From NCBI GenBank assembly GCA_001788395.1, contig MGBT01000190.1, positions 186-52,942 of the forward strand: DNA of 52,757 nt, given 5' to 3'. Below the pieces are notes generated by a model. The model saw nothing but the letters and a program-made list of their open reading frames with translations. It was not told where the DNA came from and did no database searches. A program made the position numbers and the translations under genes. Origin of the DNA: Candidatus Rokubacteria bacterium GWA2_70_23. Lineage in GTDB: Bacteria; Methylomirabilota; Methylomirabilia; Rokubacteriales; CSP1-6. Below, piece by piece: positions 10,458-19,171 of this stretch. Each line of letters begins with the position of its first letter. The stretch's first letter is position 1.

Positions 10458-13163
10458 CTACAGGGGCTTGAGCAGCGCATCCTCGAGGGCCTCCCGGAGC
10501 CGGTCCATGGCGGCCGGCTCCTCGATGCGGTGCCCCTGCCGGTCGGCGATGTAGAAGGTGTCGTAGGCCTGGTCGATCTCCGTGGCGATGCGGGCGCTGC
10601 CGATGTCGAGCCCGAGCGCGGCGAAGGTGCGCGTGATGAGATAGAGGAGCCCCACGCGGTCCGGGCACTTGACCTCCACCACCGTGTGCGTGTCCGAGAG
10701 GTGGTTGTCCACCGCGATCTTGGGCGGCCCGGGCACGGTCTCCGCGCCGCGGCGCGCGGTGCGGCGCGCGGCCAGGAGATCCTCCACGGACTGCTCGCCT
10801 CGCAGCACGCGGTGGAGCGAGTCGAGCGTGCGGCGCCAGCGCGCGTCCTCCGTCACCGCCTCCCCGAACGGGTCGTTGACCTGGAAGGTGTCGATGGCGA
10901 TCCCGTCGGCCCGGGTGTGGATCTGCGCGGAGAGGATGTTGATCCCCTCGGAGGCGAGCGTGCCCGCGATGAGCGAGAAGAGCCCCGGGATGTCGCGCGT
11001 GGCGATGACGAACTCGGAGGAGCCGAGATCCGGGTAGTGGAACAGCTCGGTGGCCGCCACGGCCTCCTCGAGCCGCTCCACGAGTCGCAGATGCGCGGCG
11101 ATGCGCGGCGGCGAGGTGGTCACGAGGTACCGCTCCGACATCATGGCGAGATGAGCCACGACCGTGCGGCGCAGCCCCTCGCGCCCCAGCTCGTCCCAGA
11201 CGCGGCTGGCGATGGCCTCGCGGTTCGCCCGCTCGGGCCGCCCGCCGGTGAGGCGCGCCATGGTGCGGGCGAAGCACTCCCAGAGGATGCGTGCCTGCCA
11301 GCCCGTCATGACGCCCGGCCCCACCGCCCGCATGTCGGCGACGGTGAGCAGGTAGAGCATCCGCAGCCGCTCGGGCGTCTCCACCACCGCCGCCAGCGAG
11401 GCGATGGTCTTCGGGTCGTCGATGTCGCGGCGCTGCGCGATGTGGGACAGGGTCAGGTGGTGCGCCACGAGGAAGGTGACCGCCGCGGCGTCCTCGGGCG
11501 GCAACGCGATGCGCGCGGTCAACGCCTCGATCAGCGGGATCCCCTTGGCGACGTGCCCGTGGCCCTTCCCCTTGCCGATGTCGTGCAGCAGCATGCCCAG
11601 CATCAAGAGGTCGGGGCGCGCGACCTCGTTCAGCACCTCCGCCGTGCCCTCCGACTCGGCGGACTGCCCGGGCGCCAGCGCCTCCAGGTGCTCCACGGCC
11701 ACCAGCGAGTGCTGATCGGCCGTGAACTTGTGGTAGACGTCGTACTGCACGAGACACGTGAGCGCCCCCCACTCGGGCAGGTAGCGTCCCAGCAGTCCCA
11801 GCTCGTGCATCTCCCGGAGCGTCTGCGTGACCCGTCCCCAGTCGCGGCAGATGGCGCAGAACAGGTCCCGCACCTCGGGGGAGGCCTTCCAGCTCTCGTC
11901 CACGAGGTCCAGCGACTCCTCGAGGGCGCGCTCCACGTCGATCCCCAGCTCGGCGCCCAGCCGGTGCGAATGCCAGAACGCCTTCATGAGCCGGACGGGG
12001 TCCTCGCGGAACGCGCGGCCGTCGGGATCCACCAGATGCAGCCGGCCGTCGAGCACGAAGAGTCCGTCGGCCAGCGCCTCCTGCCGGAGCCGGCGCCCCA
12101 CCGGGCGGGGGCGCGACAGCGTCTCGCGGCAGCGCGCGATGAGCCGCCGCGACACGCGGTGGATCACCCGCGCGTGGAGATAGTAGTCGCGCATGAACTT
12201 CTCGACGCCGAGCGACACGTCGTCGCTCGCGTAGCCGAAGTTCTTGGCGATCTGCGGCTGCACGTCGCGCGAGAGCACGTCGTTCTTGTGGCCGGAGAGG
12301 AAGTGCAGCTCGTTGCGGACCCGCCAGAGGAAGCTGAGGGCCTCGTCGGCCGTGCGCTGCTCCCGGTCGGTGATGAGGCGCTTGTCCGCCAGCTCGCGCA
12401 GCGTGCGCGTGCCGAACTTGGTGGAGGCCAGCCACATGGCCGTGTGGATGTCGCGGAGTCCCCCGGCGGACTCCTTCACATTGGGCTCGCCCATGTACGG
12501 CGAGCCGCCGAACTTCCGGTAGCGCTGGTCGCGCTCGGCGAGCGTCGTCTCCAGGAACTGGGCGAAATCCTTCCGATAGACGTTCTCGGAGAGCACCTTC
12601 CGGAAGCGGGTGAAGAGCCGCCGGTCACCCACGAGGGAGCGCGCCTGCTGCATGGAGGTGCGGCTCGTGAAGTCGGTGCGCGCCATGGCGAGGCAGTCGG
12701 GGAGGCTCCGCACGGAGTGCCCGACCTGCAGCCCCAGGTCCCACAGCGTGTAGAGCAGCCCCTGGGTGGCGCGCTGGACCATGGGCCCCAGGTCTCCGTC
12801 GTAGATCACCATGAGGTCGAGGTCGGAGAGTGGGTGGAGCTCGCCCCGGCCGTAGCCACCGAGCGCCACGAGCACCATGGACACCGGAGGCGCGCCCTCT
12901 TTCTTCGCGTCCTCGACGGCCAGGCGGTAGAGCGTGGAGAGGAAGCCGTCCATGAAGGCCGCGTAGGCCTGGACGGACTGCTGGCCGGAGGCCCCGCCGA
13001 GGTGGGCCGCCCGGAGGAAGTCGACATTGGAGGTGAGGTGCTGGCGGAGGAGCTCGAGGCGAAGGCGCCGGCGGCGCTCGGCCCGCTCGGCCGGCGCGCC
13101 CTCGAGACCCTTCTCGGCCTGGGCCTCCACCCGACGCACCTGGCGAAAGAGCTCCCCCGGCAT
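10458..13163 (-). CDS. glnD: [Protein-PII] uridylyltransferase/uridylyl-removing enzyme
   Basis: ALGGYGRGEL..SDLDL, EPNVKESAGGLRD, HD domain (LLHDIGKG) and two ACT domains. Start 13163 is supported by a TTGACA-N18-TACCGT promoter. Confidence 0.95.
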   Translation of the reverse strand: MPGELFRQVRRVEAQAEKGLEGAPAERAERRRRLRLELLRQHLTSNVDFLRAAHLGGASGQQSVQAYAAFMDGFLSTLYRLAVEDAKKEGAPPVSMVLVALGGYGRGELHPLSDLDLMVIYDGDLGPMVQRATQGLLYTLWDLGLQVGHSVRSLPDCLAMARTDFTSRTSMQQARSLVGDRRLFTRFRKVLSENVYRKDFAQFLETTLAERDQRYRKFGGSPYMGEPNVKESAGGLRDIHTAMWLASTKFGTRTLRELADKRLITDREQRTADEALSFLWRVRNELHFLSGHKNDVLSRDVQPQIAKNFGYASDDVSLGVEKFMRDYYLHARVIHRVSRRLIARCRETLSRPRPVGRRLRQEALADGLFVLDGRLHLVDPDGRAFREDPVRLMKAFWHSHRLGAELGIDVERALEESLDLVDESWKASPEVRDLFCAICRDWGRVTQTLREMHELGLLGRYLPEWGALTCLVQYDVYHKFTADQHSLVAVEHLEALAPGQSAESEGTAEVLNEVARPDLLMLGMLLHDIGKGKGHGHVAKGIPLIEALTARIALPPEDAAAVTFLVAHHLTLSHIAQRRDIDDPKTIASLAAVVETPERLRMLYLLTVADMRAVGPGVMTGWQARILWECFARTMARLTGGRPERANREAIASRVWDELGREGLRRTVVAHLAMMSERYLVTTSPPRIAAHLRLVERLEEAVAATELFHYPDLGSSEFVIATRDIPGLFSLIAGTLASEGINILSAQIHTRADGIAIDTFQVNDPFGEAVTEDARWRRTLDSLHRVLRGEQSVEDLLAARRTARRGAETVPGPPKIAVDNHLSDTHTVVEVKCPDRVGLLYLITRTFAALGLDIGSARIATEIDQAYDTFYIADRQGHRIEEPAAMDRLREALEDALLKPL

Positions 13164-13169
13164 GGCGAA

Positions 13170-13199
13170 ACGGTACATGGCGCGGACCGAGGCTGTCAA
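13170..13199 (-). promoter_or_regulatory. Sigma70-type promoter of glnD (TTGACA-N18-TACCGT), leaderless spacing
   Basis: Consensus -35 at 13199-13194 and -10 at 13175-13170, 6 nt before the ATG. Confidence 0.6.
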
Positions 13200-13239
13200 A
13201 CGTGGCGCAGACGTGGACCCCCGGATACAATGGCTCCCC

Positions 13240-14334
13240 ATGCGACGGCTCTGGCGCGCGGTACTGGATCAGGTGACCCCGTACGAGGCGGGCCCATCGA
13301 TCGAGGAGCTCGAGCGGACGCTTGCCATCGACGGCCTCGTGCGGCTCTCCGCCAACGAGAGCCCGCTGGGCCCCGCTCCCACCGTCATCGAAGCGCTGCG
13401 TCGGGAGGCCCGGCGCGCCCACCTCTATCCTGACGGAGGCGCCACGGCCTTGCGGACGGCCCTGGCGCGGACGCTCCGCGTGCAGCCCGAGTGGCTGATC
13501 GCCGGCAACGGGGCCGACGAGATCGTGTCGTTCATCGCCCGCGCGGCGCTCGACCCGGGGGACGAGGTGCTGATCCCCCACCCGTCCTTCGAGCCCTACG
13601 CGACGGAGGCCATGCTCGGCGGCGGCGCCGTCGTGCGGAGCCCGCTGGCCGGCTACCGGACCGACCTCGACGACATGCGCCGCCGCGTCACGCCACGCAC
13701 GAAGGTCGTCTTCGTCTGCACGCCGCACAACCCGGCCTCGACCATCGTCCCGGCCGGCATGCTCCTGCGCTTCCTCGAGGGGCTCGGCGACGATGCGCCC
13801 ATCGTCGTGGTGGACGAAGCCTATCGCGACTTCTGCGACGACCCGGACACGCCCGATGGGGTGGCGCTCGCGCGTCGCTTCCCCACCGTGATCGCCATGC
13901 GGACCTTCTCGAAGATCGCGGGGCTCGCGGGGTTGCGGGTGGGCTACGCCGTCGCGCGGCCGGAGATCATCGACCGCCTGAACCGCGTGCGCGCCCCGTT
14001 CAACGTCAACCGCTTCGCTCAGGTGGCCGCCGTGGCCGCCCTGGACGACCGCACCCATCTCAAGCGGACGCGCTCGCTGATCCTCGCCGAGCGCCCGCGG
14101 CTCGCCGCCGCGCTCCAGGCGCGCGGCGCCGTGGTGCCGCCCTCGCAGGCCAACTTCCTGCTGGTCCGCGTGGGCGAGCAGGCGGGGCCGCTGCGCCAGG
14201 CGCTGATGAAGGCGGGCATCCTGGTGAGGGACGGGGCGGGCGTGGGCTTCCCGGGACACCTGCGCATCGCCATCGGGACGGCAGAGCAGAACAACCGCCT
14301 GCTCGAGGTCTGGACCCGCACGCTCGCCCGCTAG
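13240..14334 (+). CDS. hisC: Histidinol-phosphate aminotransferase
   Basis: LSANESPLG, YPDGG, GNGADE, PHNP, VDEAY and RTFSKIAGLAGLRVGY (PLP lysine). Confidence 0.93.
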   Translation: MRRLWRAVLDQVTPYEAGPSIEELERTLAIDGLVRLSANESPLGPAPTVIEALRREARRAHLYPDGGATALRTALARTLRVQPEWLIAGNGADEIVSFIARAALDPGDEVLIPHPSFEPYATEAMLGGGAVVRSPLAGYRTDLDDMRRRVTPRTKVVFVCTPHNPASTIVPAGMLLRFLEGLGDDAPIVVVDEAYRDFCDDPDTPDGVALARRFPTVIAMRTFSKIAGLAGLRVGYAVARPEIIDRLNRVRAPFNVNRFAQVAAVAALDDRTHLKRTRSLILAERPRLAAALQARGAVVPPSQANFLLVRVGEQAGPLRQALMKAGILVRDGAGVGFPGHLRIAIGTAEQNNRLLEVWTRTLAR

Positions 14335-14353
14335 AGTCTTTGAAGGACTCTAG
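14331..14353. repeat. 23-bp CTAG-bounded mini-palindrome CTAGAGTC-N7-GACTCTAG
   Basis: Perfect 8-bp inverted repeat joining the hisC stop CTAG to the CTAG of the adjacent element. Confidence 0.7.
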
Positions 14354-14562
14354 CAGCCTGCTGAAAAACTCGCAGGCTGCTCAAAAAGGTCCAGATGCGA
14401 GGCGGCGCCCGACGGCCGCACGCGAGGCGTACTCCGCTTGGCGAGCCGAGCCTGAGGCGAGGCGAGCGGATCCGGAGATCCGGGCGAGCGTGAGCGAGCC
14501 ACGTTGAGCGTGCGGCCGAGGGCGCCAACGAAGCAGATGGGCCTTTTTCAGCAGCCTGCTAG
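14350..14562 (+). mobile_element. MITE-like structured repeat, copy 1 (full length, CTAG at both ends)
   Basis: TIRs CTAGCAGCCTGCTGAAAAA / TTTTTCAGCAGCCTGCTAG (18/19 match). Near-identical copies at 41937-42132 and 51587-51798. Confidence 0.8.
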
Positions 14563-14942
14563 CGGCGCTTGGTCGTGGTGCCGTTGCGCGCGGAGGGCTT
14601 CGTGGCCGCGGGCTTCGCGGTGGCGGCCCTGCCCTTCGGCGCCTGCACCGCGGCGAGCCGGGAGAGCGCGTCCTCCCGCTCGGCGCGCAGCGTCTTGACC
14701 TGCTGCTCGAGAAGCGTCACGCGCTGGTCGGCCTGGGCCGACTTCGACCGCAGCATCTCGGCCTCCGCGTACACGTCCTTCAGCTCGGCCCGGAGCCGCT
14801 GCGTCTCCGTGCGGCTCTCCGCCCACTTGCCCCAGAGCACGGCCACGAGCACCGCGAGCACGAGTGCCGCAGCGATCAGGAACCACGGGCGCCGCGGCCG
14901 GATGAGATCCGAGCCGCGCCCGTCCACCTCCGTCATCTCCAT
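14559..14942 (-). CDS. Hypothetical membrane-anchored coiled-coil protein
   Basis: SD GGAGGAG before ATG 14942, one TM helix, then a heptad-like charged helix. Confidence 0.7.
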   Translation of the reverse strand: MEMTEVDGRGSDLIRPRRPWFLIAAALVLAVLVAVLWGKWAESRTETQRLRAELKDVYAEAEMLRSKSAQADQRVTLLEQQVKTLRAEREDALSRLAAVQAPKGRAATAKPAATKPSARNGTTTKRR

Positions 14943-15024
14943 CGACTCTCCTCCGCGCAGTATCATGGGGCGAGTCTAGCACCCGCCGCCGCCGGGCCGC
15001 GAGGAGTTTGGTACGATACGCGCG

Positions 15025-15366
15025 ATGAAGGACAGCCGGCTCGTGGTGTCCGATCGGGTCAAGGCCGAGCGCGAGGCCGCCATCGTGGACCGGGCCATCG
15101 AGAAGGCCTTCGCCGGGCCCGCGCGCCAGCGATCGGCGAGACGTCTCGGCGAGATGGCACTGCTCTTCCAGGCCCCCGCGCGCGGGGAGCCCGCCGCCCT
15201 CGCGCTGGCCGCCGCGGCGGTGCTTCGCGACGAGTCGCTGCCCGCCGAGTCCCTCCCCCTCGTGCGGGCCATGGCCGCGCGGGGACTCGAGCTCGGGGGA
15301 GAGGCCGCCCGCGGCCGCGTCAAGGCCACCGAGGTGAGCCGGGCGCCCGCCCCGCGCGGCCAGTAG
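15025..15366 (+). CDS. Hypothetical protein
   Basis: TACGAT -10 box 7 nt upstream, normal codon style, ends 1 bp before the next gene. Confidence 0.6.
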   Translation: MKDSRLVVSDRVKAEREAAIVDRAIEKAFAGPARQRSARRLGEMALLFQAPARGEPAALALAAAAVLRDESLPAESLPLVRAMAARGLELGGEAARGRVKATEVSRAPAPRGQ

Positions 15367-15367
15367 C

Positions 15368-16306
15368 ATGATCCCCGGCCTCCGTGTCGGCCACGCCACC
15401 GACGCCGTCGGGCTCACGGGCTGCACGGCGATCCTGCCCGACCGGCCCGCCGTCGGCGCCGTCGAGGTCCTCGGCCGCGCGGCGGGAGTGTACGGCATCG
15501 AGTTCCTCGACACGCGCCACCTGGCGCCCACCACACATGGCGTCGTGCTGGCCGGCGGCAGCGCCTTCGGGCTCGCGTCCGTCTGGGGCGTCATGCAGTA
15601 TCTCGAGGAGCGCGGCGTGGGCTTCCCCGTGGGCGTGACCGTGGTGCCGCTCGTGGCCGGCGCCATCATCTTCGATCTCGGCGTGGGCGATCACCGCGCC
15701 CGCCCCGACCGCGCCATGGGCTATGCGGCGGCGGCCGCCGCGCTTCCCGGCCCCGTCACCGAGGGCAATGTGGGCGCAGGCACCGGCGCCACCGTGGGCA
15801 AGCTCCACGGCCACGAGCGGGCCATGCGCGGCGGCCTCGGCGCGGCCGTCGCCGAGCGCGCGGGCGTGACGGTCGGCGCGGTGATGGTGGTCAATGCGGT
15901 GGGCGATGTGCGCGACCCCGAGACGGGCCGGCTCATCGCGGGCGCGCGGGACGCCCGGGACGGCCGCCGGCTCATCGACACCGCGGCAGCCCTCAGCGCC
16001 GGAGCGCCCCGCCCGGCCTTCCGGCCGATGCACACCACCATCGGCGTGGTGGCGACGACGGCCGTCCTCACCAAGGAGGAGGCCCGGCGCGTGGCCCGGC
16101 TCGGCGCCCAGGGCTTCGAACGGGCGCTGTCCCCGCCCCATCTCGACACGGACGGCGACACGCTCTTCTGCCTGTCGGTCGGGGACGCGCGCGCGGACGT
16201 GGGAGCCCTGGGGGGAGCCGCCGCCGAGGTCGTGGCTCGGGCCATCGCGCGCGCCGTCCGCGCGGCGACGTCCCTCCCCGGCCTCCCCGCCGCGCGCGAT
16301 CTCTGA
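15368..16306 (+). CDS. P1/S58 family peptidase (DmpA-like aminopeptidase)
   Basis: GLRVGH, TGCT, VLAGGSAFGL, EGNVGAGTGATVGK, VVNAVGDV, HTTIGVVAT and DGDTLF. Confidence 0.9.
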   Translation: MIPGLRVGHATDAVGLTGCTAILPDRPAVGAVEVLGRAAGVYGIEFLDTRHLAPTTHGVVLAGGSAFGLASVWGVMQYLEERGVGFPVGVTVVPLVAGAIIFDLGVGDHRARPDRAMGYAAAAAALPGPVTEGNVGAGTGATVGKLHGHERAMRGGLGAAVAERAGVTVGAVMVVNAVGDVRDPETGRLIAGARDARDGRRLIDTAAALSAGAPRPAFRPMHTTIGVVATTAVLTKEEARRVARLGAQGFERALSPPHLDTDGDTLFCLSVGDARADVGALGGAAAEVVARAIARAVRAATSLPGLPAARDL

Positions 16307-16863
16307 GCCACCGCTCTACTTCCACCACCTCAACCACATCCTCCGCGAGGAGGGCCTCCTCGAGGTGGATGCGGCCGGGCGGGTCACGCGTCGGCGCGCC
16401 TGGGCCGCGGGCAACGGCGGCACCGTCCACGTGTACGCGCTCGACGGGGCTCCGCGCGGGACGGTGGACCGGCTGCGCGAGCGCTTCGGCGCCATCCCGG
16501 GCGTCGAGGTCATCGGGCCCGAGCGCTTCGCCGACCTCGGACTGCAGGCGCCGGCCGCCAACCCCATGCAGGGCGACCTCGTGCTCGCCGCCGAGGATGG
16601 CGTCTTCTTCACCGGGCATGCGACCGAGGAGGCGGCGGCCGCGGCCCCCGTCTACCGTGCCGCCCACGGACACCTGCCGCACCTCCCGCGACTGGGCGCG
16701 GCCTTCCTCGCCGCGGGCCCGGGGTTGCGCGCCGGTGCCGGGCTCGGGACAGTCTCCATGCTCGCTGGCGCCGACGGCCGCGCGCCTCCTCGGGATGGCC
16801 CTCCCCGGCGCCGAGGGCGCGCCCCTGCTGGAGGCCCTCGACGAGTCGCTCCACCGGCCATGA
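16307..16863 (+). pseudogene. C-terminal remnant of an alkaline phosphatase-superfamily / nucleotide pyrophosphatase, frameshifted
   Basis: No start or N-terminus. GDLVLAA..HGHLP..FLAAGPG is in one frame and LAPTAARLLG..EG.PL in another, with a frameshift near 16764. Confidence 0.65.
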
Positions 16864-16927
16864 GGGGCATCGTCATCGGCGCCGGACGGGGACGGCGGCT
16901 CATGCCGCTCACCGACGACGTCCCCAA
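16860..16927 (+). pseudogene. N-terminal ~22-codon remnant of a nucleotidyltransferase (NTP_transferase)
   Basis: ATGA-coupled start, MRGIVIGAGRGRRLMPLTDDVP (AGxGxRL motif), then similarity stops. Confidence 0.65.
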
Positions 16928-16945
16928 TCGATCTCCTCCAGCAGC

Positions 16946-17335
16946 CGGCGGAACAAGGCGCGTCAGGGCTGGATCGGCGAGGGCGGCTACGATCCCATCG
17001 TGCCGGCGCTGCGCCGGCTGCGGGGGAGCCAGTACGTGCTCGAGTTCACCATCCCGGTGGCGGGAGACTTTGCGGTGCTGCGCCGGCTCCCCGACGACAG
17101 GCTGATCGGGCTCGGCTGCGTGGGCTGCCGCGGGGCCACGGTAGAGGCCCCCGAGACGATCGCGGATCGGGTGAGCGCGGCGCTCCGCCATGTGGACCGC
17201 GAGCGGCTCTCGCTCAACCCCGACTGCGGCTTCGCGCCGGGCTCGGCCGCCGACATCCCCATCGACGAGGCCTACGCGAAGCTCGGCAGCGAGGCCGCCG
17301 CCGCGAAGATCCTGCGCGACCGATACAGCCCCTGA
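16946..17335 (+). pseudogene. C-terminal remnant of cobalamin-independent methionine synthase II (MetE-like)
   Basis: GGYDPI, YVLEF, IGLGCV..VEAPETI..R and LSLNPDCGFA. The N-terminal part, including the HxC zinc ligands, is absent. Confidence 0.75.
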
Positions 17336-17338
17336 GCC

Positions 17339-19081
17339 TCAGCCGCCGAGCCGCCGGATCATGCCGCTGAGCTCCTCCCGGATCGGGCCCGGGAGCCGCC
17401 CGCCGAATTCCTCGTAGAACTTCCCGAGGTCGCCGAGGGCCTCGAGCCACTCCGCCCGGTCCCAGGCGAGCGCCTGCGCCAGGCGCTCGCGCGGGAGGCT
17501 GAGCCCCGAGAGATCCATGGCGTCCGGCGTCGGGATGAAGCCCAGCGGTGTCTCGACGGCCTTCCCCGTGCCGCGGATGCGCTCGACCATCCACGCGAGG
17601 ATGCGCGCGTTCTCGCCATAGCCCGGCCACAGGAACTGTCCGTCTTCGTCGCGGCGGAACCAGTTCACGCGGAAGATCCTCGGGGGCTTCGCCAGCCGCG
17701 GGCCCATGTTGAGCCAGTGGCCAAAGTAGTCGGCCATGTTGTAGCCGCAGAACGGGATCATGGCCATGGGATCGCGGCGCACCACACCCACCTGCCCCGT
17801 GATGGCCGCCGTGGTCTCCGTGCTCATGGCCGAGCCGAGGAAGACACCGTGCTGCCAGTCGAAGGCCTCGAACACCAGCGGGATCACCCGCGACCGCCGC
17901 GAGCCGAAGATGAAGCCGGAGATGGGCACGCCCTGCGGGTCCTCCCACGCGGGGGACACGGACGGGCACTGGGTCACGGGCGCCGTGAAACGCGAGTTCG
18001 GATGCGCGGCCGGGGCACCACCGGGGGACCACGGCTTGCCCTGCCAGTCCACGAGGCCCGGGGGCGGGTCGGTGCCCATGCCCTCCCACCACGGCTCTCC
18101 GTCGGACGTCAGCGCGACGTTGGTGAAGATGGTGTTGGCCCGCACCATGGTCGTCGCGTTGGGGTTCGTCTTGACGCTGGTGTTGGGCGCCACGCCGAAG
18201 AAACCGCGCTCCGGGTTGATCGCGCGGAGCTGCCCCACCGCATCGACATGGATCCAGGCGATGTCGTCGCCCACCGTCCAGACGCGCCAGCCCGGCAGCG
18301 CCGAGACCATCATGGCGAGGTTGGTCTTGCCGGAGGCGCTCGGCATCGCCGCCGCGAGGTAGGTGACGCGGCCCTCGGGGTCCTCGAGACCGAGGATCAG
18401 CATGTGCTCGGCCATCCACCCTTCCTCCCGCGCCTGCCAGGAGCCGATGCGGAGGGCGTGGCACTTCTTGCCCAGCAGGGCGTTGCCGCCGTAGCCCGAG
18501 CCGATGCTCCAGACCAGCTTCTCCTCGGGGAAGTGGAGGATGAAGCGGCGGTCCGGCGACAGGTCGCCCAGCGAGTGGAGCCCCGCCACGAAGTCCTCGG
18601 GGGCGCGCATGTGGCGGAGCGCGACGCGGCCCACGCGGGTCATGATGTGCATGCTCGCCACGACGTAGGCGCTGTCCGTCACCATGATGCCGACCCGGCT
18701 CATGGGCGAGTCCGCCGGCCCCATGAGGTACGGGATCACGAACATGCGGCGGCCGCGCATGCTGCCGCGGAAGAGGGCCCCGACCCGCTCCTTGCCGTCG
18801 GCAGGCGCCATCCAGTTGTTGGTGGGGCCGGCGTCGTCCCTGGAGCGCGTGCAGATGAAGGTGAGCTGCTCGGTCCGCGCGACGTCGCTGGGGTGGCTCC
18901 GGTGGAGGGAGCAGCCGGGGTAGGTGCGCTGGTTCATCTCGATCAGGGTGCCGGCGCGCAGCATGTCCTCGACGAGCCCGTCGTACTCCTGCCGGGACCC
19001 ATCGGCCCAGATCACCTTGGCCGGCTGCGTGAGCCGGGCCACCTCGTCCACCCATCGCTCGGCGCCGGCGGTGATGCTCAT
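17339..19081 (-). CDS. pckG: Phosphoenolpyruvate carboxykinase (GTP)
   Basis: GSGYGGNALLGKKC, WMAEHM, PSASGKTNLAM, VGDDIAW, AHPNSRF and RRDPMAM. Confidence 0.96.
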   Translation of the reverse strand: MSITAGAERWVDEVARLTQPAKVIWADGSRQEYDGLVEDMLRAGTLIEMNQRTYPGCSLHRSHPSDVARTEQLTFICTRSRDDAGPTNNWMAPADGKERVGALFRGSMRGRRMFVIPYLMGPADSPMSRVGIMVTDSAYVVASMHIMTRVGRVALRHMRAPEDFVAGLHSLGDLSPDRRFILHFPEEKLVWSIGSGYGGNALLGKKCHALRIGSWQAREEGWMAEHMLILGLEDPEGRVTYLAAAMPSASGKTNLAMMVSALPGWRVWTVGDDIAWIHVDAVGQLRAINPERGFFGVAPNTSVKTNPNATTMVRANTIFTNVALTSDGEPWWEGMGTDPPPGLVDWQGKPWSPGGAPAAHPNSRFTAPVTQCPSVSPAWEDPQGVPISGFIFGSRRSRVIPLVFEAFDWQHGVFLGSAMSTETTAAITGQVGVVRRDPMAMIPFCGYNMADYFGHWLNMGPRLAKPPRIFRVNWFRRDEDGQFLWPGYGENARILAWMVERIRGTGKAVETPLGFIPTPDAMDLSGLSLPRERLAQALAWDRAEWLEALGDLGKFYEEFGGRLPGPIREELSGMIRRLGG

Positions 19082-19171
19082 GTGGGAGGGTCTCCTCGCT
19101 TCAGTGGGGTGAAAGGCCGAAGTGAAGTGGCGGCATTCTAGCACACGGCCCCGCGAGTCCATCCGCGCCGG

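Noticed and set aside
9411-13433. Very long opposite-strand or alternate-frame ORFs (e.g. 1559-4909 +, 9411-13433 +, 9184-12435 -, 39496-41916 upstream part)
   Set aside because: They are shadows of real genes caused by stop-codon scarcity at high GC, with low-complexity translations and no family motifs.
14331-14698. Small ORFs over the repeat copies (14331-14528, 14504-14698, 51587-51808, 51647-51913)
   Set aside because: They derive from the non-coding repeat, the frames are not preserved among copies, and there are no transposase motifs.
18320-18345. PEPCK P-loop PSASGKT (Ser instead of the usual Cys)
   Set aside because: This Cys is not a catalytic essential and all other motifs are intact, so it is treated as ordinary variation.
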